Below are positions 25,301-36,800 of a stretch of DNA of 64,000 bases, one piece after another (positions within the stretch are counted from its first letter, which is position 1; each line of letters begins with the position of its first letter). Below the pieces are notes generated by a model. It was not told the origin of the DNA and ran no database searches. It was given only the letters and a program-made list of their open reading frames with translations. The DNA lies in NCBI GenBank assembly GCA_964035545.1, contig OZ037771.1, positions 4,909,628-4,973,627 on the forward strand, given 5' to 3'. Made by a program: the position numbers and the translations under genes. The DNA comes from Bugula neritina (lineage: Eukaryota > Animalia > Bryozoa).

Positions 25301-28300
25301 TTGGTAGTCATGACAACTGTAGAAGCAGTGTTTTCTTTCCCTCTACTAGCTGCTTTGTATGCTGGGCCTTCATTTATTTGTAATAACTTCACTAACTTTA
25401 CTAGATACTACTTTGCATTATAATAATATGGATGGACTTTGTCCCATATGCTGGCCTTTTTTCCATAAGAGCTTCATCCAAGCTATAGTTATATTGTCAG
25501 CTGTTTATGTAACTATATACAAATGTGATTGCATGAGAAGAATAATTATAATGCCTAGTCGTGTTCTTTAATAGCATATGATTGCATAGGTGTCAGAAAA
25601 TAACAACACATATATAATACAATATTAACAAACCTGATGATATGGTCAAGTGAAAGGTAATAGCCATTGGTTATTCTGGAGTAATGCTAACTTTATATAA
25701 ATATAATTCCAGGTGTAGCTGTACATCATACTAATGTATACCACTAAAACACTACTTCAAAATAGTAGTATAAACAAGCTTTGCTGTTTTATAACATTTC
25801 TAGTATTCAATATTCATTTATAGCTTTCAAAATCAGAGTACACTCCAAATTAAGGGGTATAAATTTAAGTCAAATTATCATTGCTTTTGCTGCATAAGGT
25901 TATATAAAGTAAAGCCTGTCACTGTTGGTATGTTGCTATGACACCACACTGAACAAGTCTTAACTTTGCAGACACCCGAATGGTTTGGATAATGGAGGTC
26001 TGTGGTCGTGGACTCCAGCCAGTCAGTTTGGTAAAGAGTTCTATGAGCTGAGCATACCTAGCCTTACCAACCCGACTTTCGGGAGTGGTCCGAGAACTGA
26101 GCACTGTGCATTCTGGGACAGCTATCTGCCGGGATTGGTTACAGGGACAGGTCAGTATTGCTGCTGTATTTGGGTACGAGATTATGTGAGTTTTCTTAGA
26201 GAAATTATATGTGTAATGATGATTTTGCTGTTAGACGAATCAAGTTAACATATTATATTAAAGGTTACAGTAACTTTGTTGCTTCTTTTAGCAGAAAGAA
26301 TATAACTCTTAAATTGATAAACAAAATGTGTCTACTTAAAGATATATAAAATATCAATTGCACATATTATACTATAATGGTGTTACTTGGTGAACAAAGC
26401 TTTCGATCAATCTGATATTGTATTAAACCATTTTCTGTTATAAAATTGAAAGCACCAGAAAGCTATGTGACCCTTTTCTTTAGCAACTATTTTGGCAAAC
26501 GGTTTCAAAACAACTAAATTACACAACCTGCATGAAATAGTAGGTAGCTTTTACTGGTTGAGTAGTACATATCCTTATAGAAAATAGTTTCCAGTTTGAT
26601 CATTTCAAAAGATGATATTTGGAGCCTGAAGTTGGAAGTGGGTGTGCTCTATGACTTTTAACTTCTAATCCACAAACACTACGTGTAAAAAAACTCAATT
26701 CTTGTTAAACAATAAGAATTAACAAATTGACTTCCAACTTTAGACTCCTAATATCACTTTCTAATAATTTCTGTTGTTAGTTAGATAAATTTATTTCATC
26801 TAATTTCAAACACCCCTGTAGGTGAAATGTTAGTGTTAGCACAATGATTTTCCTTTGCGTTAATTTAACTTCTGTTTTCTGTTATAATTTATCACAAGCT
26901 GAGCTCATGCCACTTCCATGCTCAAATAATTATACCTAATATTGAAAAATGCGAAATGATCTCCACTGCCATTTGAATCTGGAAGAATCTGTAAAAAATT
27001 AAAACCTATAGCATTTATTCTATGATATTCAAAAGAAAACATAGGGGGCTATCTGAAAAAGATAAAACTTTTGGCATACAGATGTTGAATTGATTTTATA
27101 ATCAAAAGGACAACATTGTCATTAAACTGATACCGCTGCTTTTGATTCATCTTCTAAAAAACACTTTCAAAATTGACAGCACTAAAAAACCATGAACATT
27201 TTATCCTACAAATGAATCTGCAATCTATGTTTGTCTTAATAACTCAGCAATTATGGCGGTTTGAAATTTGTCATCTAATATTCTTTGTGCTGGAGAAAAA
27301 AACCGATTTTGTGAACTCATGTGAAAGCAAACACAGATTACAAAATTTACAAAAATTCAGGGAGTCTCAACGTAAATTAAAAACAGTAATTTCACCTCTT
27401 GAACGAGTACACCATTCAGTATAGACGCTCATAAACCAAGAGAGGAAGTGTACAAGATGTACCAAATATTCACCTGGCACAGCTAGATGGTGTTCTCACT
27501 TAAAATCTTTCAAGGTATAGTTTAACTATAGAAGTGTGGCTTTCTTTTGGAAACCTCCTAACTGCAGCTCTACTAACAACGTGAAACCAAAGCTCTGCTT
27601 GAACTGTTGCTTCTAATGCTTAGTCTCGTTATTGTGAGAACTGACCACTGCTTGAGCTTAAGACGCCTGTCTGCCAGCTTGCACAACGTCCTGCTTTCCG
27701 TCATGTTTTTTTTTTCAATTAAGTAAAAGTCATATGCATGAGTTTTTCATTAAAAAATTAAATAAAAGTAAATACCTTAACACTTCATATTAACAAGTTG
27801 TTAAAGTATATTAATGAATAAAAGTACTGCTTATAATATATAACAAAAATACTAATGCGATCTTTAGTATATTCGTTTAAATACTATTAAGTTATTCGTT
27901 AGATGATGCATTAAAAAAGTAAAAAATCCTTAGAGAATTTTTTCATATAGAAGTCATGCCATTCAGAAGTTACAAACAAATTGTTTACTAAGCTAAGTTA
28001 CTGATAGTATTCCCTTCTAGACTTGACATCATTTTTAAATCTGAAAATATCTATAATTTCTACAGGCAATAATTCATTCATCGTATCAATAAAACCAATA
28101 AAGTTTCTAGCAAAACATTATAAATGACATTATTTGATCATAAAAAGTTTATGGTAATAGTGTTATACAAACTAAGTGGAAGGCGGGAGTTTTTTAGTTT
28201 TAAGGAAAGAACATGTTTTATACACTGATAAACCTGCCTACTTTACACAATATTTAAGTCGGCTATAATGTGTTCTACCGTTGCCTTTAGAAAGAATAAT

Positions 28301-29819
28301 ACACAAAAAAATCCTATTACGCACACCGCAAAAGTTGTAAACCAATATTTCTTGGAAAAAAAATTATATTTAATTTGTCAACTGCATGATCTAACAAGTA
28401 GACATAAAAGGGCAATAGAAATGTAGGCCATACTTTGTGAAATACAGTTCGTATGTGAAAACTAACAAGTTTCTAAGATAATGTAGTTCAGACTTAAAAC
28501 AGCTGCCTTATTGTGTCAACTAATCAATGTCAGGGCACTTGTAATATTGAATGCAAAGCATTCACTTTCTGCAATGTTTTAGATATAATCATTTTCTTTT
28601 CTCACCTATCTTCGATTTGTCCTGTTCAGGTAGCGGGTTTTATATGTAATTATTGGTTAAAAGAATTTGTAACTGAAGATCAAAAGCCGATCTGTACTGA
28701 AAACTATTAGCAATTTTACTCTATTATTATAAAAGGAGTTTCAGTGTATGTCATGTTAAGCCTGTGCTGTGGATTTGTTGTTAATTCATAATAAATTTGC
28801 TGTTTTATAAACAGGATGATGAAATGTTGCTGAACTTGTTTCCAAACAGACCTCAAAATTTGCAAATTCCACATTTTCAAACTATTAATAAGCACATCTC
28901 TCTATAGTTATAAAGGTGTTAGCTCACATCTGCTTTAAGATGATATGCTTGTGTCTTATATGCTGTTAGTATTTGTTTTCTGCTTGCTGCTGTATAATAT
29001 ATCCTCTCTTGCTTATATGCCTCCACTACTGTACTATGCACTATACACTGGATACTATACACTATACTCTATATACACTATATACTATACGCTAGATGCT
29101 ATACACTGTATACACTATATACTCTATGCTATATACTATGCACTGTATGCTATACATTTTATACTATACACTGTATACTATATACTATACACTAATATAT
29201 ATACTAAATACTATACACTGGCTAAATTGCAGCTGCTCATACAACATTCATAATTTCTATTTCTTCCTGTATTGCTCAGTGCTCACACAACTACTACTAA
29301 TGCTGGCCCGCTTACCTTACTGATAGGTTTAAATCTACACCTGTATGATGAAAATGACACCATTTTATGACTAATAAACGCTGTCACAAATGAAAAAATT
29401 CTAGCTATTCGGTGCTGCTTACAGCTTTTAACTTGCTTTCGATCTAGATATAATAATATATAAATTATTGCTACTGCTATAATACTATTTGCTGTAAAAA
29501 CACAAAGCGCAGATAAATCTATTAGATGCAAACCCTATTTTACTATTTGCTGTTAAGAAATGTGGAGAAGTGTAGCCACAGTAACATAGTTTCAGCACAA
29601 GTTACAGGAGAGTATAACTCTAAGTCAGTGCATCTGGTTTGCCATGTTTTAGCTGACATACACGACGTAGAGAAGGAGTGGAAGGAGCAGTTTGCTGAGT
29701 GGAACACGTATATAGTGCACTGGAAACACGAGTACCAGAACTACATGCAGACTGAGTACGAGCAGACCAAGTGTGACCAGCAGCTTAACGTGCAGAAGAG
29801 AGAAACTGGAGAACTGTGA
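22386..29819 (+). CDS. ACHE: Acetylcholinesterase (cholinesterase family), T-type with C-terminal WAT tetramerisation peptide, ~631 aa
   Basis: Exons 22386-22527, 22734-22883, 23165-24422, 25972-26150, 29653-29819 (1896 nt, phases 1,1,2,1). Signal peptide MDWLSYCALWVFYFMVVTVG; YLGIP, VWNP (W84 equivalent), SEDCLYIN, WIYGGGFYSGS oxyanion loop, triad GESAG / NEG / WMGVMHGDEI; last exon DIHDVEKEWKEQFAEWNTYIVHWKHEYQNY with three spaced Trp. Confidence 0.92.
29030..29220. repeat. TATAC/TACAC low-complexity minisatellite in ACHE intron 4
   Basis: Direct inspection; source of Y/I-rich pseudo-ORFs. Confidence 0.8.
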
Positions 29820-31613
29820 AACTCTTAGCTAGTTTTACTTATTCTGAAGCATTATTACTGAGCTATTTTGCTGCCGTCCCTACAGTTTCATAATTAAAGA
29901 GACAAAGTTTGATAATTAGAAATTTTCTATTTAAAGAGAAGACAACTTTGTGTTTATGCGTTTCTTATGCTAAGGCACTGCTGCCATATCATCTATTCAC
30001 CATTGTAGTTTTATTTTGGACTAAACTAATGATGCAAATGTTTCAGTTTTGAAAAGTTTTTGACATTTGACTTTTATCTTTTGACCTTTACCCTTTGACC
30101 TTGCCACATGTAACAGTGTGAAAAAGAGCCATACTCATGTTTCATGGATCATCAAAACACTTATTCAGTTTAAACAATGACTGATGATTCAGATCATAAT
30201 AGCTTTAAACCAATAATGAATATTCAATGTCTAAATTATATTTTTCCTTTTTCTTAATTGATTTTCTGTAAATTAGAATTTTTATCAATTAAGTTGCTTG
30301 AGTCAATCATAGTTATTTTAATAGGCTTTTAGCCACAATTTACATTTGGCTTAATTTGCAAATTATTCAAAACCTTTTGATGCTGCCGCACAATACATGA
30401 CCCTTGACTTACGCCATGTGGCGGCCTGCACATTTCAAACATGAAATATTTTATTTGTTCAAGAGCAGACACATTTAATTATCTATATGGTTATTGTGCA
30501 TTGTGAAAAAATGTCATTTCAGCTGTGATTTCATGTTGTTAATAAGTTAAATTAACATCGATGATAAAAATTAACTTTTAGCTTTACACAGAGCCAATCA
30601 TTTGACATGCAAAATGTCTATTCTTTGGTATCAATCATTAGCACTTATTGAACTTATGTACTTACTAACCAATATTACTTACCAATCTTACTTACTTACT
30701 ACACACTTACTTACGACACATTTACTTACTACACATAAAACATAACTATTTAAATTTTGTTTTTTATTGTCAGATGATTAAACAAGCTCACCACTTAGTG
30801 AGTCAAGTAATACCATTTCTTATAATTATATTTCATCTTTGAATGTATATTTTACAAAATATATTAATTTTAGATTCTAACAAAACACTGCATAGACTTA
30901 GATTGAGTGTGCCGTTTTATGGTTTGTATGTTCATGTCTTAGAAAACATAGTCTAACAAAGTATTTAATATTTTACATGTCTATGGAAATGTTTATGAAA
31001 TAAAATTACTGTATCTTTCAGCTTATGCTGAATGGCTTCTGTGTATTTTTCTGTTATAATTAGATGTTTATTTACAGTGCCAACAGTTAATTTGTGAGTG
31101 CACACAGTTCTGTGAGCATAGAATTAATCAATTTCATTTGGCACCAATTCTACATAACATGATCATGTAAGAACTCGCACCCATGAATAAATTCTATGCT
31201 AAACCCCCTCTCCATCTTTCACTTTTTGCAATGCATTATAGACAGCTATATTTGATACTGGGTTAAATGAATGCCAGAAGAGTGTCTTACGGCAGCGTAA
31301 TATGGAGATTTTATTTACTAGCAGTAAAATCACCAACTATTACATTCTATTATTCGTATGTCAAACAGTAAATATTGAATTCTGTCTTACTGTGTTTATT
31401 ATTGCTGTGTATTATCATATGATGGGCATCAGTTTAGTTACTCACTTGTTACTTCGAACTAATGTCAAAACTTGAAGCCGAAACCTTTTAGACTTTAAAT
31501 TTACACTTTAAGTGTCAACCCTAAAGATGAGCAATGAAGTGGAAACTATTACTGTATTAGATATACCTATATGTTATATATGTACATAATTACCACAATT
31601 AACACACACACAC

Positions 31614-31729
<116 letters not shown>

Positions 31730-32072
31730 AAATAATATATTTGACTGCCAAGGAATAAATCCTATTAAGTAAAGTATTCCACATGCCTACTTAATAAAAT
31801 GTATGACTCTATTTCTCACTTTTAATAGCAAAAATGTAGTTCATATATATTTGATAATATTTTTAGACGAGTTGTATAAGAAAGTTGAACAGCTCCCAGA
31901 GGTATCATCCGCAGTAAGAGTGGCAATTAGCAGCACCCTCCCTATAGCTGCTATGGTTCTCAGGCTAATATTAATGTGAATGAAAAGATAACATTCAAAA
32001 ACATCACCTTTTCTATGCAATTCACACCTGATACATGCTAAGCATTTTTTTTCGCAACTCAACTACAACATT

Positions 32073-32112
<40 letters not shown>

Positions 32113-33808
32113 CCTATAATTTTATTTATATATATTCTACATTTATAATTTTGTTCATTATAACAATAAAATAAGTTATAACTAAATATAAATTTAGTTT
32201 AAAAGAAAGAATATTCTATCAATTATGCACAGGATATTCAGTCAAATCATAAAATCATAAAGACGCATTCTAAAATAAATTTTGCTGCATGCTAAGCTTT
32301 ATAACATTAAAACGCAGAAATATTTTAAATTAAATTTGAATTAAACACTGCAGCATGTGTTTAATATTTTGATATCGGAACACATTATCGAAACAAGATT
32401 ACAATTGTGATTTTTACATACTCGTGTATTACTTACACATCCGGCCATCAGAAACATAAAAAAAATACAAAACCATCAACTGTAGTACTATCTTTGATGT
32501 ATGCAGGTTTGTATGAGTTACGGAAAGGGTTTTCTAAAAGTTTTTATGTAATTTAATCTAACTCCATCTAAAATATTAAAATGATTCAACACACTCTATT
32601 GTGATACAGCAAAAACTAGAAAGTTTGTTTGTTATGTGCAATATGCGAACAATTACAGTCAAACATCTGTTTGTAATATAGCCTTAGCCCTTATGCTAGC
32701 TGTTTGCATTTCAAGGCAGGGAATATTGTTTCATCTTTGCATAAGAGAACAGAGTTTACTGGATTAGTACTATAGTATATACGTCTTGTCATATAGCAAA
32801 TACTTGCAACACTCAGTGTGATATGTGTATAAATTCACTCATGGATCGTGCAAATGCAGATCAACTGGTACTGCAAGTATATTATACTAAAGCATGTGCA
32901 TGTACTATGTACAATATAAACACCAAGGTACTCTGTATACTCGGCTAAACACTGAAAGATTATATAAACTGAAGCTATGCTTTAAAAAGCTCTAACTTTA
33001 AATAAAATCACAACAGGCAATAAAAATACGAGAAGTTGTTGAATAAAACAAAATGTAGAAAAACGCTTGCAAGTAAAATGAATTTATTTAACAATATATG
33101 AAAAAATAATATATACAAGCATTTTGAACAGCGTGACTGCTTTCCTATATTCCATGAGCATTGTGAAACATGTGATTAAAATACAAGTGATAAACAAATA
33201 ACTTCAAAAATAAATATACTTCGTTAGATTAAGCAAAATAAAAAAAATTAATAATTTCACATTATTGCATAAATAATTTATGTTGCAATGCAGCACTAGG
33301 TAGCATAGTGTAAAAATAAAAACATATTTAAGAAATTTATTTAATCTATTTAATATCAGTACTGATTAATGGCATTAGCTAATATCATTTATATAATATA
33401 TAATAAAATATTCAGTTATATTTACATAGAAAAATTGTAAGCTATGTGATGTGATTTGATGCTATTTGATGTAAAATGTCTTGTAAAAATATGGAGCGTA
33501 AATAAATTGCATCTAATGGCGCCAAGTTCAAAGATATGGAATATAACATTTGAAAATATACACTAATAATGTGCAGTTATAATAATTTTTCTGCTGACAG
33601 TTAATCATTCATGGCTTGAGGCCTCAACTAGCTGCAGAAATATTATCTAATGTAAATACATTGACTTCTTCTGCTTTAGACTAAAAATAACTAACATCTA
33701 CTAAAGTACAATGTTATAACCAACAGTAAACAAGTTAAGAGATGGGTTTCATTCAACTGCATTAAGTTGAAACCTTTTTTGATTGGCTGACCACAAATAA
33801 AATTAATT

Positions 33809-36800
33809 TCAATCGGTTGCTTTCCTCGAATCAGCTCTTTCCTTTTTAGTAGCGATAAGCCCTTGAGTTTTAGTATGATCAATAGCAACATACTGCACAC
33901 CAGATGCCTAAAACAGGTAAAACTAGCTTAAATTCAGACTACAGTACAATATCTAGAACCTGCTTGCAGTACAGTGAGGAACAACTCCTAACAACTGAAT
34001 GATTGTGAAGACAACAAATTTTAAACAGAGTAAAACAAATCTCAAACCCCACCATAGAATTTCATGCTATTTTAAAAAGAGGAATTCTGTTAGCTAAAAA
34101 AAGCTAACTTCACTATGTAACCAGGTAATATGTTGTACTTGTGGTATTCAATGGAAACAAAACCTGACTCAACAAAAACACAGATTAGGAAATTATTTTC
34201 AAAAAAAAATAAACCGGTTATACATTTAACAGAATCACAGATAATAAGCATTGAGAAAATATTTTACTGAATAAAATTAAAAACTTGAATTTGAACTTTA
34301 CCGTATTAGGGAACCATTGAGTCTGACGGACATTAACCATTGTAGACACACATTGCACAGGGATCAGGAGGAGATAACCAACAGTTACCCATGAAGAGGG
34401 CCTAGACTCAAAGACGTAGTAGCAGGTAAGTTGGTACACATAAAATAGAGTAGTTAGTCGTGACGTAATCTACTCACCTGGGAAGAGCTGGAAGACAGGT
34501 GGACGGGGCGTGGAGGGGGTTTGTTAGAATCAAAGCACTGATGGTCAAGTTGAATGTACTGTAGCGGCTGGTTACTGGGAGAGCGGGCTAGCACAGTGGT
34601 GCGGGGCGCCGCAACCGGTACGACCTGAGGACAGACATGGGAGACCCAGGCTATAGCCAGAAGGAGGACAACCAGGTAGACAAAGCTTAGTTTGTGAGGA
34701 GAATTGGTTATATTCATATTGATTAGTCATCAGCATAAGTAATTCATGATTCAAACTTGTCTCTTCCCTGAATCTACCATCTAATAGACTGAAGGGCATT
34801 GGTTTGGTAGTTAGTAACTAAACTAATGTTGACTTAGCAATTGTTAGTGTATATTCTGCTTGCACTCTCTACTGTATTATATAAATTTTCCAAAGCAACG
34901 AGAAGTTTTGTATTTTGAAAGCTGCTTTACACCCAATGTGGTTTTTGTTTTGGCACTTTATAAATAGTAAGTTACGAGCTCAAAATTAGCAGTACAGAGT
35001 TATTAGTACAGAGTTAGTAGTACAGAGTTAGTAGTACAGAGTTAGCAGTACAGAGCAATTAGTACAGAGTTAGTAGTACAGAGTTAGTAGTACACAGTTA
35101 GTAGTACAGAGTTACTAGTACAGAGTGAGTAGTACAGAGTTAGTAGTACAGAGTTAGCAGTACAGAGCAATTAGTACAGAGTTAGTAGTACAGAGTTAGT
35201 AGTACAGAGTTAGTAGTACAGAGTTAGTAGTACAGAGTTAGTAGTACAGAGTTAGTAGTACAGAGTTAGTAGTACAGAGTTAGTAGTACACAGTTAGTAG
35301 TACAGAGTTACTAGTACAGAGTGAGTAGTACAGAGTGAGTAGTACACAGTTAGTAGTACAGAGTAATTAGTACAGAGTTATTAGTACAGAGTTAGTAGTA
35401 CAGAGTTAGTAGTACAGAGTTAGCAGTACAGAGCAATTAGTACAGAGTTAGTAGTACAGAGTTACTAGTACAGAGTTAGTAGTACAGAGTGAGTAGTACA
35501 GAGTTAGTAGTACAGAGTTAGTAGTACAGAGTTAGTAATACAGAGTTAGTAGTACAGAGTGAGTAGTACAGAGTTAGTAGTACAGAGTTAGTAGTACACA
35601 ATACCAACCTTTGTATTAGCGTTACAAGCAGTTGGTCTATCAGGACGGGCGGGAGATGCTGTGAAAGAGCTGGAGTTACCGAACCGCTGAGGCGGAATAT
35701 CATAGATCTACAATGTGACAGGAAATGACATCAGAGAAGATGGCATATTATGTGAAATCTATACTGCGATACAATAGCCACGTGTAGAATGAGAATGAAA
35801 TGTTTAATAGACTAGACCAGGGGTGGGCAACTGGGGGCCCCAGGGCCACCTGTGGCCCTTTGCCCATTTTTCAGTGGCCCTTTTAATGCTTAAGATAAGT
35901 AAAAGCTGTTGCATGCATTCTAATTAGCACAGTGTAGGTTTGGTGACAAATTACTTTATTATAATAGAACATATTATGTGTGAAATCATGTGGCTCTTAG
36001 TTTTGGCTGAAGTCTGAACTTGGCCCTCATGCAAAAGAAGTTGTCCACCTCTGGTCTAGAGTAAAGAGAACAGTGATGAGATGAGAAAGAGTAAAACGCA
36101 AGTTTCTGGGAGCATTAAACTTCAATGAGACACCGACTCTCACAACCACTGTGACAGCGGAGGGGGGTGAAGGTCACCGAGCAGTCACTTACTTCCTGGC
36201 AATCTGCTGCAGACCAGTCAACATCTTACTGACTTCTGAGGACACAATTCAGCAGAGTGTACTGTGGGCATGGAGTCAACCCACCCCTTAACAGATATGT
36301 CTGCATAGCGTTAATGAGGCTACTGCATGCAGAAGTGAGTGACAGTCAACTCACCTGGTCATCCTCGTCATCACTATCATCCGTAGAATCCTCACTGGAG
36401 TCATCAGCCCCTGCCCTAGTGGGTAGACGAATCCCTAGTATCGGCTCCACACCAGGAACACTGTCACTATAGAATATATGATTAATTTATAATTCAAATA
36501 ATGAAGTATAACGATTTAACACATAAACATGGAGAGCCTTATAACTGATGGTTGTATTATGAATATTATTCTACAAATAGTCTAAACACATGAAGGAGGA
36601 TGTTTCTGTGTAGGTTATTTCACTGTATTTGATACAGAGTGACAGTGTTGGGTAAACACGTAAAATCATATAAATTATTTCTAGTTACATCAGAACATTA
36701 TATTCAACTATTTTTGCAATGTAGATTAGATACTCTGTCCACATTTAGTTGTGTTGATTTTCAACTGAATTTACAACAAAACAATCCATGAATGATGCAG

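Noticed and set aside
26250-29650. Dedicated GPI-anchor (H) exon of ACHE
   Set aside because: Phase-1 acceptors examined (~26889, ~27425, ~27568, ~28849, ~29233) give short peptides lacking a convincing omega site and hydrophobic tail.
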